Under the pieces are notes generated by a model. It was not told the DNA's origin. It worked only from the letters and a program-made list of their open reading frames with translations, and searched no databases. Both the position numbers and the translations under genes were made by a program. This document shows, piece by piece, positions 47,542-57,775 of a stretch of DNA of 64,000 nt (the stretch's first letter is position 1; each line of letters opens with the position of its first letter). The stretch lies in assembly GCF_046105845.1 (NCBI RefSeq), contig NZ_CP151004.1; one strand, 5' to 3'. Source of the stretch: Escherichia coli. Lineage in GTDB: Bacteria > Pseudomonadota > Gammaproteobacteria > Enterobacterales > Enterobacteriaceae.

Positions 47542-47928
47542 TCAGGACTTTTCCGGCGTCAGCGCCTCATGCTCATCATCCCCGGCATTATCAATGGTCC
47601 CCATACCGCTCAGCGACAGAACCATCTCCGCCCCCGCACCCAGGGCATCATACGACCATGTTGTAATAACGGATGCGCAAAGCGTCTCTACATCCTTAGA
47701 CTGATCCGCATTCCACAGTGAGCGGGAAACCAGCCAGGCATTGATATCCATCCCCATCCGCAGAAAAGCAATCTGTCGTTCAGCCTCCGGCAGTTCTCCC
47801 TCTTCGGCATCAAACTTTGCCGTTCGCTGCTGAACAAACGCCAGATATTCAATTCTCTGCAGCCCGGACAGCTCACTGAGCACCACGGACTGCTTTTCAT
47901 AATTAAACGTGCCCTGTTTCAGAAACAT
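47542..47928 (-). CDS. Tail assembly chaperone G (lambda gpG-like)
   Basis: ORF track 47542..47970; start at MFLKQGTF resembles lambda G MFLKTESF. Confidence 0.7.
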   Translation of the reverse strand: MFLKQGTFNYEKQSVVLSELSGLQRIEYLAFVQQRTAKFDAEEGELPEAERQIAFLRMGMDINAWLVSRSLWNADQSKDVETLCASVITTWSYDALGAGAEMVLSLSGMGTIDNAGDDEHEALTPEKS

Positions 47929-47988
47929 CATGTTCTCCACCTGCAAAAAAGCCCCGGATAATCGGGGCAAATGATGAGTATCGTCCTG

Positions 47989-48732
47989 TTAACCTGCGGC
48001 GCTGACAGCCACCGTAGCCACTGCCACAAAATCGCCGTCAGAAGTCATGCCCACAATGCTGACACTGCCCTGCTTCACGCCTTTCACCGTGGCCACAAGC
48101 CCGTTCAGGGTCACCGTGGCAGTCTGTGGATCTGTCGAATGCACACTGATCGCTTTGTCACTGGCTCCGTCAGGTTTTACTGTAAAGGTCAGCGTGGTGG
48201 TTGCTCCCACTTTTACACTGGCAGATGCCGGTGCCACCGTCAGCCCGGTAACGCCCACGGTTTCAGTGCCTTCTTCTGCCAGATACGGACGCCCCACACC
48301 GCTGATTTTCACTGTGCGGGTCATCACGTCTTTTGAGGCAATGGTTTTACCCAGTGAACTCAGCCAGCCACGGAAAACATCAACAGTACCGTTGGGATAT
48401 TTGATACGAAACGCGCAGACTTCACCGGAGTCGAACAACTGAACCAGTTTTTTCTGCCCGCTGTCACCCGGACGCCAGGCCAGCGTCGCCGAAGTATCAC
48501 CGACGGATTTCTGCCCCTGGGTTGTCGTTTTCCAGTCTGCATCTTCATCATCGAGATAAGTGTCATCTTCTGCATCAGCGGTCATTTCGCCAGGTTGCAG
48601 ATCCTTCACCATCGCAAGACGCAGCCAGTCAGTGTCCGACAAAGGGTTCGCAAACGCATCGCCGTTGCCGGTATACATCCAGAACGTCGTCCCCGCACCT
48701 TTCGTCTTTGCCAGTGGATTTGGTGTGGTCAT
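47989..48732 (-). CDS. Major tail protein V-like with C-terminal Ig-like domain
   Basis: ORF track 47989..48807; start at MTTPNPLAKTKGAGTTFWMY; about 247 aa. Confidence 0.8.
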   Translation of the reverse strand: MTTPNPLAKTKGAGTTFWMYTGNGDAFANPLSDTDWLRLAMVKDLQPGEMTADAEDDTYLDDEDADWKTTTQGQKSVGDTSATLAWRPGDSGQKKLVQLFDSGEVCAFRIKYPNGTVDVFRGWLSSLGKTIASKDVMTRTVKISGVGRPYLAEEGTETVGVTGLTVAPASASVKVGATTTLTFTVKPDGASDKAISVHSTDPQTATVTLNGLVATVKGVKQGSVSIVGMTSDGDFVAVATVAVSAAG

Positions 48733-48742
48733 TACCACCTCC

Positions 48743-49144
48743 TTAATTCGTGTACGTGATCTGGTACGTGATTTCCGCCATCGCCCAGGTGGCCATCTCA
48801 TTATCACGTTGATAGTTAAAACCGAGTGGGATCAGGGTGTCGATGAGTCCGGAAAGTGCCGGTACATCATTCAGGGCAGGGAAAATGGTGCTCTCCATCC
48901 ACATATCCAGCTCTGAATCCGGTGCCTGTGCCCGGATGAAGACGGCAATATGCAGAACAGCCTGCCAGTCATCTTCATCCGTCATTTTTCCGGTGTACTG
49001 AGCATCACTCAGCCACACCGCCACGGCAGGCAGTTCCTGCGCATCAATAAATGCCGGAAGCCCGTCAAAAAACGTGGCGCTGTCTCCACACTGTTCCCGA
49101 AGGCGTGCCAGTACGGCCTGGCGGATTTGTGTATGTCGGTTCAT
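48743..49144 (-). CDS. Minor tail protein U-like (tail terminator)
   Basis: ORF track 48743..49156; resembles lambda U (..ATFFDG..PAVAV...ITY..). Confidence 0.7.
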   Translation of the reverse strand: MNRHTQIRQAVLARLREQCGDSATFFDGLPAFIDAQELPAVAVWLSDAQYTGKMTDEDDWQAVLHIAVFIRAQAPDSELDMWMESTIFPALNDVPALSGLIDTLIPLGFNYQRDNEMATWAMAEITYQITYTN

Positions 49145-49719
49145 CGGGTCAGCCATAACCTCAGTTGTTGTTTCAGTGCATACCCCAGCTGTTTCGGCAT
49201 TTCCGCAGCAATGATGTGGTCACGGGCATCTTCAAATGCCTGTGTCAGCGGTCCGGACAGCGGGATTTTCACCACATCAATGGGGTAACGATTTTTGCCA
49301 TCAATACGTCGCATCACATGCCAGCGACCATTCGCCAGTTGCTGAATAAACGCATCCCGGAAAAGATATTTACCCACCTTCAGCACACTGCCACGGTACT
49401 GCAGTTTTCCACCACGCCGGGCCAGTCTGACCCGGGCTGTCCCCAGCTTAATGGCGGGCAGATTGCCTCGGTTAACGCGGATCCTGGCCGTCATTTTTCC
49501 TGACGGACTGGCTTTAAACACCCGGACACGCTGACGTACCAGTTTCAGGGGGATCCCTTTCACCTGGTTATCTCCCGCAACGGTATTCCCGGCAACCTGC
49601 CGGGTGGCAACCGAGACCGCTTTCTGTGCCACACGGTTTATCGCCCATGCGCTGGCCTGTGGCACCATACGGGTATCAAGGCTGTTCAGATTGCGGATGG
49701 CATTCTCAAGCCCCTTCAT
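49141..49719 (-). CDS. Tail completion protein Z-like (192 aa)
   Basis: ORF track; position and size as lambda Z. Confidence 0.65.
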   Translation of the reverse strand: MKGLENAIRNLNSLDTRMVPQASAWAINRVAQKAVSVATRQVAGNTVAGDNQVKGIPLKLVRQRVRVFKASPSGKMTARIRVNRGNLPAIKLGTARVRLARRGGKLQYRGSVLKVGKYLFRDAFIQQLANGRWHVMRRIDGKNRYPIDVVKIPLSGPLTQAFEDARDHIIAAEMPKQLGYALKQQLRLWLTR

Positions 49720-49730
49720 CCCACACCTCT

Positions 49731-50006
49731 TTACTCAATAAAGATCATTGGCTTACCGTTAAAGCGTTCATGCCGTGTGACCGTCCATTGTTGTCCGTCA
49801 TAAACAACGCGATCCCCGCGCCGTGGGCGGTATCCCGAAGAAAACACCACCAGAGAGACCGCAGGTCCGGACAGAGCATTCAGCTCTGCCAGTGTTTCTC
49901 CCGGGATCACAGTCATATCGACATCATTAATCGAGGCTGTCTTTCCCATCTTTCTGACCGTGATCGCATCCATACGCGCTGCCAGCCGGGAAAAGGGATC
50001 AGACAT
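49731..50006 (-). CDS. Head-tail joining protein (gpFII-like), 91 aa
   Basis: ORF track; position between head genes and Z; assignment by synteny. Confidence 0.45.
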   Translation of the reverse strand: MSDPFSRLAARMDAITVRKMGKTASINDVDMTVIPGETLAELNALSGPAVSLVVFSSGYRPRRGDRVVYDGQQWTVTRHERFNGKPMIFIE

Positions 50007-50322
50007 TGAGTTTTACCGGCACTTCTTCTGCACTGGTTCCGGCATCTGCCCAGACAACCCCGACCAGCGGATCAGAGCCACTGTTAGTCAGCTGAACTTT
50101 TCCTGACTTCATATAAACCTTCTTACCCGTTTTCATGTCATCCGTTTTCAGCTTAGGCAGCATAAACACACCTTCGGTTATGCCGTCGCCTGTTTCTCCC
50201 TGTGGAATATCGGTCAGCGCCACCGCAAAAACATCACCCACCTGCACCAGATCTCCGCTGCTGATGGCTGCACTGGCAACAATCGCCACCGTTTTTCCTT
50301 CTTCTACAAAATTCTTTGCCAT
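49999..50322 (-). CDS. DUF2190-family small head protein (possible decoration/stabilisation protein)
   Basis: ORF track 49999..50367; start at MAKNFVEEGK; follows capsid gene. Confidence 0.45.
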   Translation of the reverse strand: MAKNFVEEGKTVAIVASAAISSGDLVQVGDVFAVALTDIPQGETGDGITEGVFMLPKLKTDDMKTGKKVYMKSGKVQLTNSGSDPLVGVVWADAGTSAEEVPVKLNV

Positions 50323-50408
50323 AACTGTCTCCGCACAGCCCCGTTCAGGGGCTGATTTCAGGTACAAAAAAAGCCCTTACGGGCCATCAGAGTTGTTGTC
50401 TGCGACGT

Positions 50409-52367
50409 TTACGCCGTACATTTCACCAGGCCGCGGTGATCAACTGGCGCAACACCAGCGTCAATACGTACTTTCGTTGTCACGCCATCCACACTGAAGC
50501 CCTCCATCTGATCAATATATGGCGTATCCACACCGTTGAGATAAGCCACTTCAATCGTATCGGAGCCTTTGGACGCAGCCAGGTAGAAGGTGGTCTGGCT
50601 GTTATCATCAAGACGAGGCTCTGCAATAACGGTCGCAAAATCTTTCACCGGGTTAATAATACCGGCGTTAATGTCAGCCCCCTTGACACTTGAGGAGCGA
50701 ATGACCTGGTTAGCAACAGACTCCATCGCCGTCGGTACCAGTACGAACGCAGGACGAATATTCAGATGACGCTCACCCTCTTTCTGAACGCGCATCAACT
50801 GGCGGGCTTTATCCAGCGATGCCACGTCCATTGCCGCGCTCTCCAGTACGTTTGCATGTTTCGCTTTATCGAACAGACTTACATTATCTGTGGAGATTTT
50901 CGGGTTAGACGTCAGAATGGCATAAACCAGATCGGCAATAGTGGATTTCGCCGCACGGCCCAGCTTCATCGGGACATCGGTCAGCATATTCAGATCATCA
51001 TTGATAATGGCCTGACGGGTGATACTGAACAGCTCGCCATAGGTCGCCAGTGCAATAGTGGCCTGTTTATCTCCGGTGGTGACGTATTTATATTCTGCCC
51101 CTTCACGCACCTGACGCAGAGCACTGAAGCCCCCCATACCCACACGATGGGCAATTTTAAAATCAGACAACTGACCTTTCCGCGTCCACTGTTCATAGGT
51201 TTCAGGGGCATCTTCCCAGCCCTGCAGAATGGCTTTGTTCGCAACATCCAGCAGAATATTACCGAAGTCAGACGTACTGTGTGTGAACGCCGCACCGACC
51301 ATCTGCATCGGGTTATAACTGGAAACACCAATACCACGTTCAGTCAGTGACATACGGGCATATTCACGCAGGGTCATCCCGTTGTAGACATTATCACGTT
51401 CGGTTTTTTCAAACCCGGCGCGCGCCATCAGCGCCTGGCGGATCCCGTCCCCCACAAAATTACCGTTACCGGCATAAATATGAGCCGGGGTATTTTTATT
51501 GGATGGCGTGGACTCGCGCCCCATCTCGTTCAACAGCTTTTCGCGGGCCTGCTCCAGCGAACATTCAGGATCGGCAAGACACTGAGCCTGCAGCGACTGA
51601 TAACGCCCACCAAACATGGCAAACAGATCATTAATACCGTTTACACGCGCTTTTTGCTCTGCCAGGACCTGCGCACGGATGCTGTTTTCATCCACCACGG
51701 GTGCTGCTGCCTGCACTGGCGTCCGGGAGGCTGCAGGTCCATCATCCTGTACGCGTGGAGCACTGTTGCGTGGCGGAGTAATCATATTTCGAATGGATTC
51801 CGGCATCTTTTTAAATTCCTCTGTACGTTTTGACTGAATACATGCCATTGCCTTAATGGCTGGTGTCACCTGATCAGCAAATCCCTGTGCCAGACATTCG
51901 GCACCGGACATCCAGGTCTCATCCGCCAGCATGGCAGCAATTTCATCGGTGGTTTTCCCGGTTTTCTGTGCATAAGCGGGTAACAGAACCGCCTCAACTT
52001 TATCGAGCAGGTCGGCATAGGTGCGCATGTCCTCCGCATCACCGCCCGTAAAGCCAAATGGTTTATGAATCATCATGAAGGAGTTTTCCGGCATAATGAC
52101 CGGGTTTCCCACCATCGCAATGACCGACGCCATTGACGCCGCCACACCGTCGACATAAACGGTAATGGACGCACCATGTGTTTTCAGTGCATTAAAAATG
52201 GCGATGCCTTCAAAGACATCGCCACCCGGTGAATTAATATGGAGATTAATGTGGGTGATATCGCCCAGTGCATTCAGATCACTGATAAACTGCTTCGCCG
52301 TAACACCCCAGAAACCAATCTCGTCATAAATATAAATATCCGCGTCACTCTGGTGACCTGCCTGCAT
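50409..52367 (-). CDS. ClpP-like head maturation protease fused to major capsid protein
   Basis: ORF track 50409..52628; start set after the portal stop at MQAGHQSDADIYIYDEIGFWG; ClpP-like N-terminus and capsid C-terminus. Confidence 0.75.
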   Translation of the reverse strand: MQAGHQSDADIYIYDEIGFWGVTAKQFISDLNALGDITHINLHINSPGGDVFEGIAIFNALKTHGASITVYVDGVAASMASVIAMVGNPVIMPENSFMMIHKPFGFTGGDAEDMRTYADLLDKVEAVLLPAYAQKTGKTTDEIAAMLADETWMSGAECLAQGFADQVTPAIKAMACIQSKRTEEFKKMPESIRNMITPPRNSAPRVQDDGPAASRTPVQAAAPVVDENSIRAQVLAEQKARVNGINDLFAMFGGRYQSLQAQCLADPECSLEQAREKLLNEMGRESTPSNKNTPAHIYAGNGNFVGDGIRQALMARAGFEKTERDNVYNGMTLREYARMSLTERGIGVSSYNPMQMVGAAFTHSTSDFGNILLDVANKAILQGWEDAPETYEQWTRKGQLSDFKIAHRVGMGGFSALRQVREGAEYKYVTTGDKQATIALATYGELFSITRQAIINDDLNMLTDVPMKLGRAAKSTIADLVYAILTSNPKISTDNVSLFDKAKHANVLESAAMDVASLDKARQLMRVQKEGERHLNIRPAFVLVPTAMESVANQVIRSSSVKGADINAGIINPVKDFATVIAEPRLDDNSQTTFYLAASKGSDTIEVAYLNGVDTPYIDQMEGFSVDGVTTKVRIDAGVAPVDHRGLVKCTA

Positions 52368-52380
52368 CCTGAACCAGGAA

Positions 52381-53889
52381 TTATTCTTCGGACTGGTCGT
52401 CGGTGTGCTGCGGCTCCTGTCGTTTCGTTGCGGCACTGCTGCCTCCTTTATCACTGGCCGGATCGGTATCAAATACCAGATCCAGCTTGCGGTTTTCATC
52501 AATTTCGGCCTTGCGCCGACGTTTGACATCATCCGGATTACGACCACCTGCACGTACCCAGTCTGATTCTGTCGCCGCTCCACCACGAATCTGAATTTTC
52601 CAGGCCTCAGCCTCCTTAACAGGGTCAATCCACGGCATCACCGGTCCGGAATACACCGCGGTATACAGTGAAGAACGATCAAGATCGCGGGGTAGCCTGA
52701 TAACACCGGATGCCACAGCCTGTTTCAGCCAGGCACGATACATCGGGCGGGTGACGGCACCAATAAACCAGTCCTGCAGGATCAGGTAGCCATCAGTGGA
52801 TTCAACCAGCTCCTGACGCTGGGCGCTGTAAGTGCCGTTATAGTTGCGCGCTGTACTGGAAAAACTCAGACGACTGCCCGCCGCCACGGCACGCAACTGA
52901 CCATTACGAAAAGTTTCAAGATTAGGATTGGGGCGATCCGACTTCACCATTCCGATTTCTTCGCCGGGTTTCAGATCGTCGTAAATAATGCCTGGCTGAA
53001 TGGTAAGCTCGCGTTCCTTATCCTTGCTGCCATTACCATCCGGTTCATAGCTCTGCCCGTCGCCTTTCCGGATGTACATCCCCAGAGCAGCGGCGATCCT
53101 TGCTGCAGTCAGCTCAGAATCTTCATACTCTTTCAGGGCACTGAGGCGGATCAGCACACCGGACAACAAAGACGTCCCGCGCATCTGGTGCAGACGGCGA
53201 ACAAATTTAAGATGCAGCATTCGCTCTGCATCCACTTCTTTGGTTTCCATCTGCCGTCCGGATACGGGACGGCTTTTATACACCAGATATTTTTCGGGAC
53301 GCCCCCAGTCATCAACAAACACGCCCTGATTCAGCCTGTTGCTCTCATCACTGGTCATGGGAATAAAGTCCGGCTCGAGCGCCTCCAGCCAGAAATGAAC
53401 ACCGGCAGAAGGCGTCAGGCTGTTTATGCGCCCGGAAACCATCTGGGCAAACACCTCACCATCGCGCAGCCAGGTACGCAACATCAGACGTTCCAGCATC
53501 GGACGGGTAAACTGCCCGGTGACTTCCGGACTGACAGACCATTCACTCCATCGGGTGCGTATCTCCGCTGCCAGATCACGGGCAATGGCCCCATTGCGTA
53601 ATACCGGATGTGGCTCGACAATAATCCCGTTTTTCCCCACCACCCGTTCTTCCAGCTTGTCAAATACACCAATGACCAGATCGTGGTTGTTATCAAGGTA
53701 ACGGGCCTGCTCACGTAACGACACGGCCCCGTACTGGCTTAACTGGTCGGCAGTTCGGTTTTCCCGCCGGGCTTTGTGTGTCCGCGTCGTTTTTACGGCC
53801 TCATAAGCCTGGATCACCGCACGGGAACGCAGCCTTGCCGCTTTCCATCCTGGTGAAAAAACGCCAATCACATCATCAAGAATTGCCAT
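52381..53889 (-). CDS. Portal protein (lambda B-like)
   Basis: ORF track 52381..53961; start set at MAILDDVIGVF overlapping the W stop. Confidence 0.8.
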   Translation of the reverse strand: MAILDDVIGVFSPGWKAARLRSRAVIQAYEAVKTTRTHKARRENRTADQLSQYGAVSLREQARYLDNNHDLVIGVFDKLEERVVGKNGIIVEPHPVLRNGAIARDLAAEIRTRWSEWSVSPEVTGQFTRPMLERLMLRTWLRDGEVFAQMVSGRINSLTPSAGVHFWLEALEPDFIPMTSDESNRLNQGVFVDDWGRPEKYLVYKSRPVSGRQMETKEVDAERMLHLKFVRRLHQMRGTSLLSGVLIRLSALKEYEDSELTAARIAAALGMYIRKGDGQSYEPDGNGSKDKERELTIQPGIIYDDLKPGEEIGMVKSDRPNPNLETFRNGQLRAVAAGSRLSFSSTARNYNGTYSAQRQELVESTDGYLILQDWFIGAVTRPMYRAWLKQAVASGVIRLPRDLDRSSLYTAVYSGPVMPWIDPVKEAEAWKIQIRGGAATESDWVRAGGRNPDDVKRRRKAEIDENRKLDLVFDTDPASDKGGSSAATKRQEPQHTDDQSEE

Positions 53890-54107
53890 CAGAACCTCGC
53901 AAGCCGGTACCCGGGATGCCCCCGTCGTCGTGTAATCAGAGCCGCAAGGCGGCGCTCCCACTCCTGCCGTCCCTGCCGGATCTCAGATAAGTTTTCCATG
54001 GTCATCTGCTGACCATTAAAGGTGACGGATTTTCCGTCCAGCACCGCCATTTCAGCTTCCGTATAACGCTGAATCATGGCTTCGATATCATTCTGGTTCA
54101 TAACCAT
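53889..54107 (-). CDS. Head-tail joining protein W-like (72 aa)
   Basis: ORF track; between terminase large subunit and portal. Confidence 0.6.
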   Translation of the reverse strand: MVMNQNDIEAMIQRYTEAEMAVLDGKSVTFNGQQMTMENLSEIRQGRQEWERRLAALITRRRGHPGYRLARF

Positions 54108-56200
54108 CCTCCGGAAGTCAGCCAGGGGTTAACATCGTCAGTTACTGTTTTCTTCCGTTTTTGTTTTTTAACAGGCGTGGATACCGGTTCCGGTGTGGGT
54201 GACGGTTCGGTACTGTCCGGGACACACTCCAGCCAGGTTTCCCGGCTCGCCCACTCCGGTGCATCCGGCCAGCGGATCTTTTCGTATCCATGCAGAATGA
54301 CCAGAGCCTCGGCATACACCATCAGGTCAAAAGCTTCGTTGGCACCGCGACCCGGCTTACTCCATTTCCCGTCACTGCTCCGCTCTTCATACGTCAGTTC
54401 GTCGTAAAACCAGCTCCCCAGCCAGTCAGGGAAATGCACATAGCCGGGACCTGGCGAGTCACGCCATAACGCGTTATTCACCCGGTCTTTCAGGGCATCC
54501 GTCTGAAGAAGCCAGAGCGGTACATCACCTGCGGCCTGCGCCCGTCGGCCCGTTCGTCCGGTGTTATCAGGGAATGTACGGGTGATCAGTTTTGCGCGCC
54601 GGATGCTGTCGCCCTTAAACAGGTAAATACGTTTACCAAGGCCATCACGACGGCAACGACGCCAGAATTTATAGGCATTATCAGTGACTCCGTCTTCACC
54701 GCCGGAGTCCACCGCCATTGCCATCAGTCGCATTTGTTGAGAAGGATCGGAGGCCAGCGGCCAGCTTTTATGAAAAACATCCGTCAGCAGGACATCCCAG
54801 TCTTCCGGATAGCTGGCCGGATCAATTCGCTGGCTCTCCCCGTCGCTGTCACCGCGCAATGACTGCGTGATGTTGTAACGATCAATAATCCAGCGTTCGC
54901 CACGGCTGCCATAGCCCGTTACCTGAACCACAAAACGGCGATGACGTCCCGCCTGCACATCAACTGTCGCCACCAGGAAATTAACGCCATCCGGCACACT
55001 GCGGGAAGGAACTGGCTCTGCCCGCTGCTCAAGCAGTTCACTTTTTCGTTGCTCCATGCTGGCACGGGGAAGATAAGGTAATCCCCAGTCGGTATTGATA
55101 ACCGTCTTGAGTGTTTCTTCACTTCCGGTTGTCTCGTATTCCTGTTCTGCAGCAAGCAGTTTGTAAACGAGTTGCGAGAGTGTCTGGTAAGCAGCTGCCG
55201 GACCCTCCATCCAGAATGACGCAATACGTGAGCGTCGGGGATCACCATAACGACTGCCATCCGCATTGATGGATTCACCATCCCGCAACCAGACCCCACG
55301 TCCGTTCAGCTCACGTTTTTGTTCAGGCATAATCCGTCCTGAACAGGAAGGACACTGAATATAAGCCGCCTCACTTGCCAGCACGGGATCGGCAATATCA
55401 CGGAAACCAGCAACCACATCGCCGCAGGGCTGAAAATACTCACCACAGTGTGGACAGGGCCAGTACCAGCGACGGCGATCGCCACGGTTATAGAGCGACA
55501 GTATCCCCGTGGTTGGTGGAGCCTCATGCGGTGAAGTCCGTCGCCATTTCACATCCTTCACATCCCTGCCGGGGGAACTCTCCACCAGCGTCATACCACT
55601 GGACATAAATGTGGTGGTACGTTTTGAGGCAAGAGAGAAGGCATCCCCCTCGCCATCAATATCTTCCGGAAAACGGTCATAATCCGTCAGCGCCACGCAT
55701 TTATAATCTGATGAGGACATGATATTGACTGACGGCCAGCCGATTTTCAGGTAGTTGCCAGCAAGGAATGTTCTGTCATAAACGTTGTTGTCATTTTTGT
55801 TCGGACTCAGGCGACTGACCACTTCCGGGCTGACGCGAAACGTTCTGGCAAGTCGTTTTTTGGAGTGTTCGCGGGCTTTTTCCTCCGTCATCTGAATGAT
55901 CAGCATATCAGCAGGATCGCAAATCACGTTGTAAATCACCCAGCCGTCAATCAGGCCGATAGTCTTGCCAGTTCGTGCCGGGCCAACAAATATCACTGCG
56001 TCGTATTCACGCGAGGCCAGGCAGTTCATCGGCTCAATAACATACGGTGCCACCAGCGGATCCCACGGGACTGAGTTCCCGGCCCCCATGGGCACCCGCA
56101 TATACTGAGCAACGGCATCAGCAACCCGCATTCGTCTCGGTGCGCGAAGGATATAACCTGAATCGGTTCGTGCTGCCTTTGCGGTTTCCTGATTCAGCAT
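54098..56200 (-). CDS. Terminase large subunit (lambda A-like), 700 aa
   Basis: ORF track; Walker A GPARTGKT, nuclease domain. Confidence 0.9.
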   Translation of the reverse strand: MLNQETAKAARTDSGYILRAPRRMRVADAVAQYMRVPMGAGNSVPWDPLVAPYVIEPMNCLASREYDAVIFVGPARTGKTIGLIDGWVIYNVICDPADMLIIQMTEEKAREHSKKRLARTFRVSPEVVSRLSPNKNDNNVYDRTFLAGNYLKIGWPSVNIMSSSDYKCVALTDYDRFPEDIDGEGDAFSLASKRTTTFMSSGMTLVESSPGRDVKDVKWRRTSPHEAPPTTGILSLYNRGDRRRWYWPCPHCGEYFQPCGDVVAGFRDIADPVLASEAAYIQCPSCSGRIMPEQKRELNGRGVWLRDGESINADGSRYGDPRRSRIASFWMEGPAAAYQTLSQLVYKLLAAEQEYETTGSEETLKTVINTDWGLPYLPRASMEQRKSELLEQRAEPVPSRSVPDGVNFLVATVDVQAGRHRRFVVQVTGYGSRGERWIIDRYNITQSLRGDSDGESQRIDPASYPEDWDVLLTDVFHKSWPLASDPSQQMRLMAMAVDSGGEDGVTDNAYKFWRRCRRDGLGKRIYLFKGDSIRRAKLITRTFPDNTGRTGRRAQAAGDVPLWLLQTDALKDRVNNALWRDSPGPGYVHFPDWLGSWFYDELTYEERSSDGKWSKPGRGANEAFDLMVYAEALVILHGYEKIRWPDAPEWASRETWLECVPDSTEPSPTPEPVSTPVKKQKRKKTVTDDVNPWLTSGGWL

Positions 56201-56691
56201 TACTCCTCCTGCTGTAATTCCTCCTCATCATCCGCACCTGCTTCGGTCACCCGCAGGGCTATCTGATCGCGCAGATCATCAATAATGGACTGAACACGGC
56301 TCACAGCGGCAGGCTGCAGGCCGCAGTCACGTTCCAGAATATCCGGTAATGTCTCCAGCACCTGCACGACCGCTTTTGCCCAGATGGCAAACTCCCGTCT
56401 GACATCACTGGCCGGAATGAGTTGTGCCGTTTCCTGTTCGAACTTAAGACGCTCACGTTCAGACTGATACCAGGCTTTGCGTTCATGTGGATCCATTTCG
56501 CCCTCAGCAACCGGCGGTGGTAACCCCATAAATTCAGTCAGAATATCGGTCAACCGGTATAGCTTGAGTTTGTCATGTCCACCAGCGGGACGAATGTTTT
56601 TCAGTCTTGCCACGACAGTCTGGCGGTGCAGACCAGATAAAGCCGCCAGTTGATTAATATTCAGCACCAGGTTTTTCAACTCATGATCCAT
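56200..56691 (-). CDS. Terminase small subunit (Nu1-like, N-terminal HTH)
   Basis: ORF track; directly upstream of terminase large subunit with overlapping stop/start. Confidence 0.7.
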   Translation of the reverse strand: MDHELKNLVLNINQLAALSGLHRQTVVARLKNIRPAGGHDKLKLYRLTDILTEFMGLPPPVAEGEMDPHERKAWYQSERERLKFEQETAQLIPASDVRREFAIWAKAVVQVLETLPDILERDCGLQPAAVSRVQSIIDDLRDQIALRVTEAGADDEEELQQEE

Positions 56692-56860
56692 ATTTCCTCC
56701 GGAGAGCTTTAAACATGCATCGTGCGAACAACTTTAAGAAAACGCGTTCGATGTCGAACAAAAAACACTCAATTCGACATACAAAAAACAAACAACCATT
56801 AATAATCAATAAGATGCAAAGATGATGGTGGCCGATAAGAATGCAAAAACTAGCCTTTTT

Positions 56861-56880
56861 CCGCGACGCTCCCGCCCCGT
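56861..56880 (-). other. Candidate cos site (cohesive-end cleavage region), about 186 bp upstream of the Nu1-like start
   Basis: Minus strand reads GGGCGGGAGCGTCGCGG, similar to the lambda left end GGGCGGCGACCTCGCGG as I recall it; spacing to Nu1 like lambda. Confidence 0.5.
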
Positions 56881-57244
56881 GGCAGGGCCCCCCCCCAGGG
56901 AGGACCCGACAGCCTGACAACCGTGACGAGCATCTGAAACAGAGCTTTACATAATGGCGTGGGGATAATTCAGAAGGACATCACAGCATGCCCACACAAA
57001 TTAGTGTGAGTGTCCTGTTTCTTACTACGCGCAGGACTGACGAGCATGAGGGGAAAATACGCGAACCGAAATGCCTTATCTTCAGAAATGCAGCCGGCAT
57101 CCGAACTGGACGATATTGTAAATTCACCTAAATACGAGGCATTGCTGTAGTTGAATTGCAGTACTGTATTAGCCTGACAGTGACAGAATACGATATTGAC
57201 TCTGTCACTTGTGAAATGGTCAGAATGGTTAGCAGTTATGGTGA

Positions 57245-57451
57245 TCAGTCAACCACCAGGGAATAATCCTTCGTATTCTTATCGTGCTTTACTAACGCGG
57301 CCTCAATTGCCCTGAATGCTTCCAGAGATACTTGATGTTCTATACATGCAATTACAACATCCGGGTAACCCATCGAAATGGTGCTATTAAGCATAGTTTT
57401 TACACGAACCTGCTCCTGGGAGGGGGCATCAGTGTATTGATCTTTATGCAT
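57245..57451 (-). CDS. Hypothetical 68-aa protein between P2-like ogr and the lambdoid cos region
   Basis: ORF track only; no recognised family. Confidence 0.35.
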   Translation of the reverse strand: MHKDQYTDAPSQEQVRVKTMLNSTISMGYPDVVIACIEHQVSLEAFRAIEAALVKHDKNTKDYSLVVD

Positions 57452-57775
57452 TTTGTCGCTCCATGCGTTTGCTCTTCACTTGCGGCTAAAAATATAACGT
57501 CAAATCACTCAGCATGAAAGAGTGAAAGTTTCAGCGCGTTTCCCTTACATAATCTGTCGTTTGTATTCTCTTCAGGCATACCGGAAAGACTAGGTATTGT
57601 CACACAACCAATACCATCGACAATCGAGATTTATATCTATTCGGTAATGTTTAAATATAACAAAACCCCGTAAAAACGAGGTTTATGGGTATTTTGTTGT
57701 CTGAAATTTATGCCGTTTAAAATCATGACGTTAGAAGCACTGTTTTTTAACGATGGCGACAAAATGGCGGCAGCG

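Noticed and set aside
56681-56920. 79-aa minus-strand ORF overlapping the cos region
   Set aside because: Spans the GC-rich cos-like segment and the terminase upstream region; Cys/His-rich low-complexity translation, no start context; considered noise.
57452-57775. P2-type attachment core downstream of ogr
   Set aside because: I looked for the P2 att core as I remember it and did not see a convincing match; only a weak imperfect palindrome (acaaaacccc...gggtattttgt) that is more likely an ogr terminator. Left unannotated.
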